Below, piece by piece: positions 42,024 through 53,446 of a stretch of DNA of 64,000 nt (its first letter is position 1; every line of letters starts with the position of its first letter). A program made the position numbers and the translations under genes. The stretch spans positions 1 through 64,000 of the forward strand of contig SDNY01000003.1 in the NCBI GenBank assembly GCA_004524535.1, written 5' to 3'. The stretch comes from Promethearchaeota archaeon. Its GTDB lineage: Archaea > Asgardarchaeota > Lokiarchaeia > Sigyniarchaeales > SOKP01. Under the pieces are notes generated by a model. It saw only the letters and a list, made by a program, of their open reading frames with translations. It was not told where the DNA came from and did no database searches.

Positions 42024-43244
42024 TTAAGTTATATTTTCTTGGAATGAATCTTTTTCCGAAACGGTGAATAACAATATAATAAATATCATTACAAAAAATG
42101 ATGCTGAAATAACGGGTAAGGTTTGAGAACTTAAATAATATAAGATTATTCCACCTAGGATTGGTGTAATTATCATTGCGATACTCGTAAGTGCATTGTT
42201 CACACCAAGAAGACTTCCTGTTTCTTCTCGTTCAACACTATTTGCTAATTTGCTTGTAAGTACAGGACGGCAAATTCCAGTCCCAAAAGCTATAAAAACT
42301 AAAGGTATAAAAGCAAAAAGAAAGGTTGTTGTAAAAATAAGAATAGTAAAGGCAGTAATCATTGAAATTATTCCAATTTTTAAGACTTTATTCTCATCAA
42401 AAGTCTTCTGAAGAGGACTTATCAAAACAGTTTGAAAGAATACTCTTAATATACCGATCCAAGCCATAAAAAACCCCACTTCAAGAGCCGTGACATTTAT
42501 TTGCATTTCAGCGAAGAGAGCATAAGTAGAAATAAAGAGCATAAATCCAAAACTATAGAGAAAGAAAATAATAAGTAATTTTCTAATTTTCGAGTCTTTA
42601 AAAAACCTTTTAGCATCATCAATAGGAAAAATATCATTAAATGTAATTCTAACCTTTTCTTCTTTTATAGTTAAAGATTCAGGCAGAAATATAACAACTA
42701 ATAAAATTGAGACTAGGCATACTAATGCAGCAAAAAACATCGGAGTAGAATAACTTATAGTTGAAAGTGTTCCTCCTATTAATGGTCCGAATATTAATGC
42801 TGCACCGAAAACAGCACTGGAATATCCATATACTTTAGTTCTATTTTTTGGCTCAGTTACATCACTAATATAAGCTTGACTAACCGTCATATTGCTGCCT
42901 AAAAGCCCATCAACCAAACGAGCCAAAATTAAAATCCAAACATTATTTGCTAAACCTAATAAGATAAAACCAATCAATGTGCTAATCTGACTAACTATTA
43001 AAAGTGGTTTTCTTCCATAACGATCGCTTAGTTTGCCTGTCACGGGGCTGGCAAAAAACTGACATAAACTAAAAATACTCAAAATCAACCCAATCTGCAA
43101 TACATTCAATCCAAGAGATAAAGCTAAAAATGGGATTACTGGAGCCACCATACTAAAGCCTAAAACTTCTGTAAAAATTATTAAAAAAATTATAAGAATC
43201 CGTTTATCTAATTTCTCTTTTGAAATTTCAGAACTTTCAGACAT
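42024..43244 (-). CDS. MFS transporter (TetA/DHA1-like)
   Basis: GKLSDRYGRKP motif A; AYISDVT; GPLIGG. Confidence 0.92.
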   Translation of the reverse strand: MSESSEISKEKLDKRILIIFLIIFTEVLGFSMVAPVIPFLALSLGLNVLQIGLILSIFSLCQFFASPVTGKLSDRYGRKPLLIVSQISTLIGFILLGLANNVWILILARLVDGLLGSNMTVSQAYISDVTEPKNRTKVYGYSSAVFGAALIFGPLIGGTLSTISYSTPMFFAALVCLVSILLVVIFLPESLTIKEEKVRITFNDIFPIDDAKRFFKDSKIRKLLIIFFLYSFGFMLFISTYALFAEMQINVTALEVGFFMAWIGILRVFFQTVLISPLQKTFDENKVLKIGIISMITAFTILIFTTTFLFAFIPLVFIAFGTGICRPVLTSKLANSVEREETGSLLGVNNALTSIAMIITPILGGIILYYLSSQTLPVISASFFVMIFIILLFTVSEKDSFQENIT

Positions 43245-43440
43245 TCTAATTACTTACTTTAAAATATTCTTTTAATTGTTGTAGATTAGCACTAAATTAA
43301 TTGTTTTTGATAAAAATTTAAAAATTGAAAAGATGATAAGAAATTAATATTAACAATAATGATGAATTTGAATTCTATCTTAAGAAACAACCCCCACCAT
43401 GGCAATTATAGAAGTATCTAATCCAGCATTAAAGCATTAT

Positions 43441-45435
43441 TTAAGTTCCTGAATAATTTGCTTTTACCCAAATCGGAGAGCTCCATCCTCTTTCTCCATC
43501 AAACTGAGTTATTCGTACGTAATAATAAGCTTCTTCTCCGATTTTCAAATCATTATCCTTGAAGGCGAACTTAATTCGGTCATTCGCCGGTGTTCTAATG
43601 GCAACAGTTTCCCCATTTTTAATCAGTTCAACATTGTCAACACGACCAGTCCCACAAACTGTTATAATTATTGTAGGTGGCTCATTAACTTCAGTTTCCT
43701 GCCCCATTAAAGTTGAATTTATTTTTAGTTTAATCCACATCCTTTCTCCAGTAGTTCCGTAACAATTTCTATTATTAAGATTCTTTATTAGGTCTCTTGA
43801 AGTTAACTTATCTGAAAAAATAGCTGCTATTCCAGGGCGATATCTTAACGTTGGAGCAAAGTTTTTCATTTTATCTTGTTTAATAGGGCATCCTGGGTGC
43901 GAATAGTGGTCGTCTCCTCCCCCAATAAATCCTAACTTAAATCCATTATTTAAAGCATATTTAACACTACCTTCTTTTCGATTTGTCATCAATGTCCTGT
44001 ATCCCCCACCAAATTCTTCACTTGAACCATGCGAGGAATAAATTTCTACTACTTTTTCAAACTCATTATCAACTTCATTCCATGAAGTACCCATTGGCCA
44101 ACTCTGTGTAGTATGAGAAATAATAGCGCATTCTATACCTTTTAATTGATTGTATAATTGATGCTGAAAACATCCTTCTTTTGATATATAATCAATTAGA
44201 GGGGCCTTTTCAGCAAATTCAAGTGGAAAAAGAACAACTTTATCACTTACTAACTCATAGGGACAATCTAGATTTAATACAGCTTTTGCATAAAGAACTC
44301 TTCCAGACCATTCATAACCCGGTATTGCGACAAATGACTCATCAGTGAATTCTTTACATAATTCTATCAATTCTTGCCATACCTCATTTGTATATGAGTA
44401 AGGATACATAGTTCTACCTTCCATCCAAGTGTTAGTTCTCTGGTTTATATGATCTCCTAAGGCAGCAAAATCATGAAAAATATTATTTTTAGCATAATTA
44501 AATCCATCTCGACCTGTGCCAATACCATCCGAAAATTCTCTTGTATGAATATGAGTATCCCCCCAATAGACTTGAGTTGAAAAATCCTTATCCCATACAA
44601 TGGGATTGGACTCACCATAAAGCCCCTCAAACTGAACCGTTAATCTTCCGATATTTGATAATAATTCTTGAGCAGTAGGGAAATCACCAAATCCTAAATT
44701 TTCCCTCATTAATGTTTCTACTTTTGTCATTTCTCCCATATATTTCTTGAATGTTAGCTTTTGTTCAAGTTTGGCATATCCTTTTTCCATTTGAGCATAT
44801 TCTGGAAAATTAAGACAATTATCACCCTTCAAGCGCACACTTTCATTAAAGCCATAATCCCTATTCCCGTTTTTATCTAAGGCTACAATATGAATGTCCG
44901 CGGGTTTATCTTGGTAAATAGTAGGGATCTTAATTAGGAAGAATGAGGCCTTACCAGCCACCATTTTTACTTGTTTTGTTCCTATTCTTGTAAATAGTTT
45001 CTCTTTCAGAAGTTTATAGTCAAGTGCTACATAAACAGGATCAATATATGCGATATCACCACTGGTAAATCTTTCTTTAGATTCATTATAATTAAATTCA
45101 ACACTTCCACCGATTTCCAGAGGTTCATTTATTTGATATAATACCATTATTTGAGATTTTGCTGATTTAATTCTCCCTTTTACTGTTGATTTGATAGATA
45201 TTATCCCAGATTTTAAATCGATTGGTTCCCAGCCATAAGGAATAATAAATCGAAACATAGTGCCTCTCGGATATTCCTTTTTTGCGGTAAAAATAATCTG
45301 AATGGAAGCTTGAGAATCAATAATTACTTCTGAATTGACATTAAATTGAATTTGATCTAATGTATCGGGCTCTTCACAATAATCAAAGTACGGAGATTTT
45401 GGTATTTTACTCATTAACTTTACACTCTTTTTCAA
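43441..45435 (-). CDS. PHP-like metallohydrolase (DUF3604/CehA-McbA type)
   Basis: YWGDTHIHT…SDG, ALGDH, GYEWS, VEIYSSHGSSE, GFIGGGDDH, WSSPIWV. Confidence 0.85.
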   Translation of the reverse strand: MKKSVKLMSKIPKSPYFDYCEEPDTLDQIQFNVNSEVIIDSQASIQIIFTAKKEYPRGTMFRFIIPYGWEPIDLKSGIISIKSTVKGRIKSAKSQIMVLYQINEPLEIGGSVEFNYNESKERFTSGDIAYIDPVYVALDYKLLKEKLFTRIGTKQVKMVAGKASFFLIKIPTIYQDKPADIHIVALDKNGNRDYGFNESVRLKGDNCLNFPEYAQMEKGYAKLEQKLTFKKYMGEMTKVETLMRENLGFGDFPTAQELLSNIGRLTVQFEGLYGESNPIVWDKDFSTQVYWGDTHIHTREFSDGIGTGRDGFNYAKNNIFHDFAALGDHINQRTNTWMEGRTMYPYSYTNEVWQELIELCKEFTDESFVAIPGYEWSGRVLYAKAVLNLDCPYELVSDKVVLFPLEFAEKAPLIDYISKEGCFQHQLYNQLKGIECAIISHTTQSWPMGTSWNEVDNEFEKVVEIYSSHGSSEEFGGGYRTLMTNRKEGSVKYALNNGFKLGFIGGGDDHYSHPGCPIKQDKMKNFAPTLRYRPGIAAIFSDKLTSRDLIKNLNNRNCYGTTGERMWIKLKINSTLMGQETEVNEPPTIIITVCGTGRVDNVELIKNGETVAIRTPANDRIKFAFKDNDLKIGEEAYYYVRITQFDGERGWSSPIWVKANYSGT

Positions 45436-45534
45436 CTTTTAAATTTAAATAGTAATAATTCTAAGAAATTTTTTAGGATTTGCATGCCGATGGGCTTTAT
45501 TCTGATGGATTCGGGTTGGAATTGAAAATCATAA

Positions 45535-46050
45535 TTATATGTCATTTAGTTTGTCTTTAAATAGTTGCTCATCAAATTCCTCATCGATTTCGAGGATTAA
45601 AGGAGCTTTGAAAACAGGATCAATTCTTCGATATTTCCTTAATTTTAAAATATTTTTATCATGAGTAGCAATGGTGGTAACTTTTACTCTATCCATAGTG
45701 GATAAGATTAAAGTATCTCTTCCACCAATTCCTAATTGTGAATGATCTTTCATTTTTTGAATCACATCTACTAATAAGAGTTCATCAACTTCAATAATCT
45801 GGCAATTTTCTGTTGAAATTAAGGATAATAATAATTCTTCAATAATTTCTTTATCAAAATCTTTTCTTAAATCTGCTGTCTTATATAAATTATGTCCAAT
45901 CTCAATCGGAATAATCGAACTTAGAATAATTTCTTCCTTAAATAAAATCCCGTCCTTCTCTGTACCATTCATCCACCTTTTAATATTTTGATGCTCTAAA
46001 GCATTGCTATCCCAATAATAAATCCAAATCTGAGAATCTATTGTAATCAT
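45535..46050 (-). CDS. vapC: PIN-domain (VapC-like) toxin
   Basis: TIDSQIWIY…E…GGRDTLI…ATHD acidic PIN residues. Confidence 0.85.
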   Translation of the reverse strand: MITIDSQIWIYYWDSNALEHQNIKRWMNGTEKDGILFKEEIILSSIIPIEIGHNLYKTADLRKDFDKEIIEELLLSLISTENCQIIEVDELLLVDVIQKMKDHSQLGIGGRDTLILSTMDRVKVTTIATHDKNILKLRKYRRIDPVFKAPLILEIDEEFDEQLFKDKLNDI

Positions 46051-46053
46051 AAG

Positions 46054-46287
46054 TTAATCAAGTATTTTTTGAAATTCAATTGGTTCTTTAGAGTTTTCTT
46101 TCAGTTTTTTACTGAATTCTTCAGACTTGCTAACGAGATCTTCTATTGAATTTGATTTCCGCAATATAATCTTATCTTCTTGTATTTGAAAGAGTAATCT
46201 CTCTCCAGATTTAATATTAAGCAATTTTCTTATTTCGCTTGGGATTAAAATCCTTCCTTTATCATCTAATTTAGATTCTGCATTCAT
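46054..46287 (-). CDS. AbrB/MazE-type antitoxin
   Basis: LDDKGRILIPSEIRKLLNIKSGE. Confidence 0.9.
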   Translation of the reverse strand: MNAESKLDDKGRILIPSEIRKLLNIKSGERLLFQIQEDKIILRKSNSIEDLVSKSEEFSKKLKENSKEPIEFQKILD

Positions 46288-46491
46288 TTTTATTCAATTA
46301 TATTTATTTTTTTCCACTAAGTGGATCATAGTGGGAGAGAAATTTAAATTTTTATCTTTAGTTTTCATATAATTTTTTTACCTCATAGTATTTTCTCTAA
46401 TGTTCTCTATTAAATATAAAGTCAAGAAGTTTTTTAGTATTTTTAAACGAACTTCAGAACAATAATTTTTAATAGAAATTAAAATAAATTA

Positions 46492-47901
46492 TTGATATCA
46501 TTATATCATTTTTTTCAATTTATGAGTAACCAACAACAGAAAGAAATAGATAGAACTTTTCTTATTATGTGCCAATTTACTTCAGCACATTTTTGGGGGG
46601 GAGCAATCCTTCCAGTAAGTATCATTTATATCATCGAAAACATTTCAGGAACCACACCATTTTTGCTAAGTATTTTAATAGCGATAACTACTGCTATGCT
46701 TTTAATTAGCACAATTTTTTTCGGTTTTTTAAGCGAAAAATTGACCAAGAAAAATGCCAAGAAAAATGCATTGATTATTTCAGAAGCTATTTTATTTTTT
46801 TCTCTTGGATTAGCTGCTTTCGCACCAAACTTTATTTTTTATTCTATTTGTTTAGCTATATCTTCATTTGCTGGAGGAGCATTTACTCCATTAGCAGTTA
46901 CAATGGTATCAGAATTATATCCTCCAGAGGAGAGAGGAAATAAATATGGAATAATGAATTTTTGGAATATTCTCGGAGCTGGAGGGGGAATTCTTTTTGG
47001 CGCCATATTCAACTCTTTTTTAGGATCTCTTGGATGGAGAATTATGTACGGTTTGATTGCTTTCTTAGGATTATTGAATATAATCTCTTATTATCATTTC
47101 GGAATTGAACCCGAGAGGGGGCGAGTTGAACCAGAATTCCACGATTTTGAGGGCAATATTGAATACGACTATAAGATAACACTTCAAAAATTTAAGAGAT
47201 TAATTAAAAAACGAACCGTTGCTGGTATTTTATTATTCGTTTTAATTTCAGCTATTTGCATAGTTCCCCTTGGATTATGGACAATATATTATTTTTCTAC
47301 AAAATTTGGAGGTAATAGGGAAGTGGCTATGTTTTATTCTACGGTATTAATTATCCTAACTGGTTTTGGGAACTTATTTGGAAATTTAATTGGAGGTAAA
47401 ATCGGGGATAAATTATATAAATCTGGAAACCCCCGAAGACGAGTTTTATTAGTGGTAGTTTCTGTTATGATTGGGTCTTTTACCTTATTGATTTTTTACA
47501 TGATTCCGTTTAATAAATCAACCTTAATTCTTTTCATAATATCTTGGACGTTATTATTAGTCATAGGATTTTTCTCTTACTTAATTGGGGCATTTTACAC
47601 GGGAAATATCGGTGCTATATACACTGAAGTATGTTCTCCTGAGGAAAGAAGTACAATAAATTCAATAAGTTTAATAATGTCTAATATCGGAGGGATCATA
47701 GGCCATCTAATAATGGCTGTTATGCTTCAAGACTCGTTATCAAATCTATCAATGGGGATTACATTACTTTTAATAATTTTCATTAGTAGCAGTTTTATTT
47801 TGATAATCCCATATTTAAGTTACTCCAGAGAAGCAATGGAATGTAGGGAATTAATGGAAACTAGAAGGAAAGAAATAGATGCTAAAACAATTAATACATG
47901 A
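46492..47901 (+). CDS. MFS transporter
   Basis: 12 TM; VSELYPPEERG, GGKIGDKL; start may be ATG at 46521. Confidence 0.88.
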   Translation: MISLYHFFQFMSNQQQKEIDRTFLIMCQFTSAHFWGGAILPVSIIYIIENISGTTPFLLSILIAITTAMLLISTIFFGFLSEKLTKKNAKKNALIISEAILFFSLGLAAFAPNFIFYSICLAISSFAGGAFTPLAVTMVSELYPPEERGNKYGIMNFWNILGAGGGILFGAIFNSFLGSLGWRIMYGLIAFLGLLNIISYYHFGIEPERGRVEPEFHDFEGNIEYDYKITLQKFKRLIKKRTVAGILLFVLISAICIVPLGLWTIYYFSTKFGGNREVAMFYSTVLIILTGFGNLFGNLIGGKIGDKLYKSGNPRRRVLLVVVSVMIGSFTLLIFYMIPFNKSTLILFIISWTLLLVIGFFSYLIGAFYTGNIGAIYTEVCSPEERSTINSISLIMSNIGGIIGHLIMAVMLQDSLSNLSMGITLLLIIFISSSFILIIPYLSYSREAMECRELMETRRKEIDAKTINT

Positions 47902-48060
47902 GATTAGATCTTGCTTTTCTTTGCATTAGTACTTACTATACACAATAGAGGATTTGTAAAAAGCTAAACGGTATAACTTAAAATTAACAGTCAAATTGCT
48001 AAAAGATTAAATTATGCAAAGTCTAATATTACTATAATAATAGTGGTTGGCGTATGCAAA

Positions 48061-49086
48061 ATGAACTCTGACATTTCAGATTTAGAAAAATTAACATGGT
48101 CGAAAGAAAAAGCCAATGAATGGTATGCGCAACACCCTTGGCTTATAGGATGTAATTATATTCCCAGTAATGCTATCAATCAACTTGAAATGTTTCAAGC
48201 CGATACTTTTGATAGTGATCAGATTGATAAAGAGCTTGGGTGGGCACAATCAATTGGTTTTAACATATTACGAATCTATTTGCATTACTTATTATGGGAG
48301 CAAGATGCCTCAGGATTAAAAAAACGGATGAAAGAACTTCTTGAAATCTGTGAAAAACATCAAATGAAAGTTCTTTTTGTTTTTTTTGATGATTGTTGGG
48401 TACAAGATCCAAAAATAGGTAAACAACCAGAACCAATTCCGGGAGTACATAATTCTGGTTGGGCTGCAAGTCCTGGAAGTAAGCGAGTTGTTGATAAATC
48501 CGTCTGGCCGATGTTAAAACAATATGTGCAAGAAATTCTTACAGAATTTTCTCAAGATAATCGTATTTTAGGATGGGATCTCTATAATGAACCAGGGAAT
48601 GAAAGAATGCTTGAAAAAACATTACCATTATTGATTGAGACGTATCGTTGGGCTCGTGATATAAACCCAACACAGCCTTTAACCGTTGGGATATGGAATC
48701 AAAGAAGAGTATCTGTAAAAATATTTGAGGAGTTTAATAGGATTCAGTCAACATTTTCTGACTTTATTTCATTCCATAATTATTCCAACTTCAGATCCTT
48801 GAAAAGGCAAATATCCAAATTGAAAAAACACGGTCGACCAATAATTTGCACTGAATATATGGGTAGACCAACAAGTCTATTTGAGACTCATCTCCCTGTT
48901 TTTAAAGAGGCAAATGTGGGATGTATTAATTGGGGGCTTGTTGCAGGAAAAACTCAAACAATCTATCCATGGGGGTCAAAAGAAGGAGATCCTGAACCAG
49001 AAGTATGGTTTCATGATATATTTTATCCCGATGGAACACCATATCTTCAAAAAGAAGTTGACTTTATTAGAGATATCACAAAATGA
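48061..49086 (+). CDS. Glycoside hydrolase, GH5/clan A-like
   Basis: WDLYNEPG acid/base, ICTEYM nucleophile, NWGLVAGKTQT. Confidence 0.9.
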   Translation: MNSDISDLEKLTWSKEKANEWYAQHPWLIGCNYIPSNAINQLEMFQADTFDSDQIDKELGWAQSIGFNILRIYLHYLLWEQDASGLKKRMKELLEICEKHQMKVLFVFFDDCWVQDPKIGKQPEPIPGVHNSGWAASPGSKRVVDKSVWPMLKQYVQEILTEFSQDNRILGWDLYNEPGNERMLEKTLPLLIETYRWARDINPTQPLTVGIWNQRRVSVKIFEEFNRIQSTFSDFISFHNYSNFRSLKRQISKLKKHGRPIICTEYMGRPTSLFETHLPVFKEANVGCINWGLVAGKTQTIYPWGSKEGDPEPEVWFHDIFYPDGTPYLQKEVDFIRDITK

Positions 49087-49129
49087 ATTTATCTTAGTCA
49101 AAAAATTTTTGGAGTAATAAATAAGATGA

Positions 49130-50005
49130 TTAAGATAGATAATCTATTTCACTTTCAGATTGAATATATAAACCAATCAATAACATAGCACACGCATTAA
49201 GAAAGTGCCAAACTGCATGCCACTGCCACCAAGAGTGAGGATCACATGTTGGTGCGTTTCTTTTACCAAAATGCCAGAGCCAATATGAAACAACGAATAT
49301 AATGATAGCGATAGCTAATATGAGAATATTTCTTTTTATTTGTCTTGCCCCTTTATACTTAAAAACCCTTGAGTATATTCCAAGTCCAATCAAGACTTCG
49401 TTTATGATAGCAATTACTAAAAGCAATTCAAATAATCCACCTCCGCCCAGACTAATAAGAGGAAGACCTATTTTCATTAGAATTACTACTAAAATAAAAT
49501 CTATAAGGAGTATTATATATAGATTCCGTTTCTTGATATCAAAAAGAATCGCCAAGGACATTATTAACAATCCGCTCATGTACATGTTCATGGAAAGTAC
49601 GTCTAAGAAGCCTGCGGAGAACCATGGAGTCCACGCATAACTAGCGTGCATGTAAAAGCTAGCTATTCCAACCCATATTACTAACAAGCCATAAGTAACC
49701 ATATAATGCATATTTTCATCTCTATGTATATAAACTTCTCTTCTATTTAGTTTTTCCATGCGGAGGAGGTCGTAATAAATAAGAATGGACATTCCTGCTC
49801 CAACAAAATAAAAGTTGGACCATGCATTCATAGGTTCTCCTATTAGCAGATTCGGATCATAATATTCGCAGAAACCAGTAGGGCCTGCGATTCGGGGTCT
49901 AGTCCAGATCTGAAAAATTTCCATAATAAGGAAAAAAAGCATCCCCGCAGTGATAAAAGCAATTCCTATGATCGTCCCTTTATATTTATTAAAAACTTCA
50001 CTCAT
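49130..50005 (-). CDS. Alkaline ceramidase/CREST family membrane hydrolase
   Basis: FCE…EPMNAWSN, ASFYMHAS…D, WHAVWHF. Confidence 0.85.
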   Translation of the reverse strand: MSEVFNKYKGTIIGIAFITAGMLFFLIMEIFQIWTRPRIAGPTGFCEYYDPNLLIGEPMNAWSNFYFVGAGMSILIYYDLLRMEKLNRREVYIHRDENMHYMVTYGLLVIWVGIASFYMHASYAWTPWFSAGFLDVLSMNMYMSGLLIMSLAILFDIKKRNLYIILLIDFILVVILMKIGLPLISLGGGGLFELLLVIAIINEVLIGLGIYSRVFKYKGARQIKRNILILAIAIIIFVVSYWLWHFGKRNAPTCDPHSWWQWHAVWHFLNACAMLLIGLYIQSESEIDYLS

Positions 50006-50163
50006 GACTGAGAAAAAAAATTAAATAATAAAAAACTTATTGAACGCAATAATTTCTAATCTTTTTAATTCTGAAACTATTTTTTAACGATAGAATCATG
50101 GTTAATGCACTACTTCTATAAAAAGGTTTAAAATTAGTAAAAAACGGAATAAAATAATTAATA

Positions 50164-51294
50164 TTAGGGTTCAAACTTATCAACAATTCTCGAAACAGTT
50201 TTTAATCTTCTCCCATCTCCGTGGCATAATTCGTCGCTTATTCCTAATATTAAGTTGGGCGAAAAAAGTTCGAGAATTTTCTTGGTTTTATCAATTAATT
50301 TTGATTCTTCGAAATTTCGTAAGAAGAGTGTTGCAGGAATCCCATCTAGTAATATTTTACCAGACTCTCCTATCGTTTTTGCTATGGATTCTATGGGGAC
50401 ATCTCCCTGAGGTGGTGGTGTCAATGCCTCGTAACCATCGAAAGACATTGAAGGTAGATATGGTAAAAGATGCTTAAAAGAACCATCAATATGAATAAAT
50501 GCGAACTTATTTACATTGTGGAGCAGTTTAACCCTCGTTTCGTAATATTCTAAAAGATATTTTTCAAAATATGGCGGGGGGGAAATATTGTGATCGATAT
50601 TCTCACCAAAGTTTAATAGCTTTAAGGGACATTTTGTTATAACTCTCTTATATTTGCTTAGATCGAGTTCCTCGAGATAATGGAAGAAATCTTCCATTTC
50701 TGTTTTGTACCTCCGTAAATAAATGATTGTTCGTTCGAGTCCTAAATACGAAAGAACGCATTTCATATACGGCGACCGGAAATAATAGCTAGTTGGAATA
50801 CCAAAATCCTGCATTTCCTTTTTAGCTTTTTCATACATGAATTCATTGAACATAAAATCAGTTTGTTCCTCAATATACTTTATAACTTTAAGGTCTTCAA
50901 TTTTCTTGACAGGAAACTCAAGAATTCGCCCTTCTTTAATTATCTGACTCACTTCACCAACGGGTGTTATGGTTTTCATAACATGTCGCTTATCTTTTGA
51001 TCTAATCTTTTTTATTCTGATTTGATGATTAGCTTTCTTACCCTCGTTAAATAATACGAATCCGAAAGTTTCTTCTGGATATCGAATCGATGCATTTATA
51101 TCTTTGTATACTTCCTTAATGCTTTTTCCTATATATTCCTTAGGTACAAATTGTTCAACGCTCTGGTATTTTTCCGGTGTAAGTCTATCAACTTGATTAC
51201 TAAAATACCAATACATTATTCGGGGTTGCCATATAATTCGATCAATGGGTTTGTGTTCGAATATATGAAGTATTAGTTCAGAAAAATTACTCAT
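50164..51294 (-). CDS. Uroporphyrinogen decarboxylase / cobalamin methyltransferase (MtaA-like) family protein
   Basis: NFGENID, IHIDG, EALTPPPQGD, ILGISDE. Confidence 0.8.
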   Translation of the reverse strand: MSNFSELILHIFEHKPIDRIIWQPRIMYWYFSNQVDRLTPEKYQSVEQFVPKEYIGKSIKEVYKDINASIRYPEETFGFVLFNEGKKANHQIRIKKIRSKDKRHVMKTITPVGEVSQIIKEGRILEFPVKKIEDLKVIKYIEEQTDFMFNEFMYEKAKKEMQDFGIPTSYYFRSPYMKCVLSYLGLERTIIYLRRYKTEMEDFFHYLEELDLSKYKRVITKCPLKLLNFGENIDHNISPPPYFEKYLLEYYETRVKLLHNVNKFAFIHIDGSFKHLLPYLPSMSFDGYEALTPPPQGDVPIESIAKTIGESGKILLDGIPATLFLRNFEESKLIDKTKKILELFSPNLILGISDELCHGDGRRLKTVSRIVDKFEP

Positions 51295-51312
51295 AGTTAA
51301 TAATATAAATCG

Positions 51313-51345
51313 TGAAAAACATAAAATCTTTCCAAACTATTTTAA
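51313..51345. repeat. 33-bp direct repeat copy 1 (TGAAAAACATAAAATCTTTCCAAACTATTTTAA)
   Basis: 32/33 identical to 53447-53479. Confidence 0.85.
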
Positions 51346-51390
51346 TAGAATATTGATGTAGATAATAAAGAAGATAGAAAATTTAGTAAT

Positions 51391-52470
51391 TTAGTATTTT
51401 GCATATTTTTTCCATACATCTATCATTTCCAGGTAATTTTCCACCTTAATATAGTTGGGAATCGAATTTCCGGAGCCAAACGCATAGCCTCCGTTTTTCT
51501 TGCATTTCTTTAATATGTTTCTTGAATAATTCCTAACCACTCCTTTATCTTCACGCGATAAAATATCAACATCAACTCCTCCCAAAATTGCAACACGATG
51601 CCCAAATCTTTTTTTGGCATCTATAACTGGTAATATATTATCTTGAAAACTATGCCAAGCATCAATCTTCACATAGTCAATAAGAAGATCAATAACCTTT
51701 TCTAAATTACCGCATGAATGGAGAATAAACGGTTTTCCTTTTTTATGAGAAACCTCGGCAATCCTCTTATGCCATGGAAAAACATATTTTTTTAAATCCT
51801 TTGGATTCAGCATTGGTCCACGATTATATCCTAGATCATCCCCCATCCGCATAGATCCAACTATCTCCTCCTCAGCAATGATTTTATCAACTTCCTCAAT
51901 TAGTTTCCCGACTTTATTAAATATATTTTTAACAAATTTGGGTTGCTGACGCATGGCCTTACTAAATGGTACAAATCCTACCAGCCATAGAACATGCTCA
52001 AAAACACCGCCAGCGACACCAGATACAAGCTTCATCCTTTTGGGAAGAATCTTTGCTGCTGCTTTCAGCATTTTATAATCCACAGCATTTTCGGGTTCGG
52101 GCCATGGGTATTCATCGCATTCTTCTTGAGTTGCAATGGTTGATCTATTTTCATCAACCCAAAATCTCTTCTTAATCCCTAAAGGTTCATTATAACTGCC
52201 TATTATTATGTTATTCCTAGGCAAAGTCATCTCCAGTTCAAGTGGGATATAATCGTATCCCAAACCACTAAAAAAATCCAATAAATATCTAATGTAGACT
52301 TTTTGTTTTCTTAAAGGTTTGGTTTCAGAGCGAAGAGGTGATGGATTTTTTTGTAAAACCGCTTTCATTATAGAATTGTCTACAATATGCTCATATAAAG
52401 GGACTTTTTTTGGCTCTTCTCTATTTAAGACCTTTAGTAAATCGTCGAAATTTGGCTCCATAATGTACAA
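51391..52470 (-). CDS. UroD/MtaA family protein
   Basis: GDDLGY, ILHSCGN, HSFQD, GGVDVD, GSGNSIP. Confidence 0.88.
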   Translation of the reverse strand: MYIMEPNFDDLLKVLNREEPKKVPLYEHIVDNSIMKAVLQKNPSPLRSETKPLRKQKVYIRYLLDFFSGLGYDYIPLELEMTLPRNNIIIGSYNEPLGIKKRFWVDENRSTIATQEECDEYPWPEPENAVDYKMLKAAAKILPKRMKLVSGVAGGVFEHVLWLVGFVPFSKAMRQQPKFVKNIFNKVGKLIEEVDKIIAEEEIVGSMRMGDDLGYNRGPMLNPKDLKKYVFPWHKRIAEVSHKKGKPFILHSCGNLEKVIDLLIDYVKIDAWHSFQDNILPVIDAKKRFGHRVAILGGVDVDILSREDKGVVRNYSRNILKKCKKNGGYAFGSGNSIPNYIKVENYLEMIDVWKKYAKY

Positions 52471-52495
52471 TATACCATAAAAAATTGAAATTTTC

Positions 52496-53080
52496 TTACT
52501 CTAACTGAATTGAAAGTAAACGTTTAAGTGTAGAATTAAGCCCTATTTCCTCAATCTTACTTGATATTAATGCCAAATTTACTTTTTCTCTATTTGCATG
52601 AAAAATGGTTAAAAAATCGATAATATCTTGATATTCCAGTAATTCTGAATCTGGTATATCGTCTATTTTTCCCATATATATAATTTTTCCTATTAATACA
52701 TATTCTATTGGCGCAATACTTAACTCTAGACCGAGAATTTTTTCATTTATTGCATTTTTTAATACATCAAGTTCTCTTTTTTTATCAGCAACTTTAATAT
52801 CAAGTCTTAAGAAACTCTCATTATCAAAAATAGATATATTAGTATGTTCTTGATAGGCCATTTTAATTTGTTCCTCCATTACATCAAAATTAAAGGATCT
52901 TAGTAACCCTAAGAATTGAGAGAACTTTGAGGGATCATCTTCAATAATTATATCTATATCTTGTGTAGCTCTTATATGACCATAATGGATTACGGCTATG
53001 CCTCCTACAATGACATACTTTAATTTAGTTGCCTTAAATATCTTTTCTAAACGGGATAAGATATTTTTAATTTCAGCCAA
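52496..53080 (-). CDS. Nucleotidyltransferase (AbiEii/DUF6036-like), putative toxin
   Basis: IVGGIAVIHYGHIRATQDIDI. Confidence 0.8.
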   Translation of the reverse strand: MAEIKNILSRLEKIFKATKLKYVIVGGIAVIHYGHIRATQDIDIIIEDDPSKFSQFLGLLRSFNFDVMEEQIKMAYQEHTNISIFDNESFLRLDIKVADKKRELDVLKNAINEKILGLELSIAPIEYVLIGKIIYMGKIDDIPDSELLEYQDIIDFLTIFHANREKVNLALISSKIEEIGLNSTLKRLLSIQLE

Positions 53081-53363
53081 GGTCCTTACCTCGTTTTTGA
53101 AGTATTTGTATTTTTCTTGCTAAAGATAATAAATCTCGTACTTTTTGATGTATATTTGATTCTGATAGTTCCGGATAATTACGTGAGATTCCATCTTTCA
53201 TAATTTCAAATGTATCGGTTATGAATTTATCTGCGATCTCAAGAGGCTCAATTTTTTTTTTTATTATTCTGATTGCTGATTGAATTTCATCCTGTAATTT
53301 TTTTTTTCTAATGAATAAGAGATCATTTCGTTGTAGTAATTCTGTTTCTTCCGTTTTATCCAT
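53073..53363 (-). CDS. Small helical partner protein, putative antitoxin
   Basis: 96 aa, overlaps NTase start; GISRNYPELSE motif. Confidence 0.6.
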   Translation of the reverse strand: MDKTEETELLQRNDLLFIRKKKLQDEIQSAIRIIKKKIEPLEIADKFITDTFEIMKDGISRNYPELSESNIHQKVRDLLSLARKIQILQKRGKDLG

Positions 53364-53446
53364 GATTATTCATTTCTTCAAGCATTCCCTTCTATAAATA
53401 TATAATTATAAACGTCTTATATAAATCTCTATGGATTTATGGATCT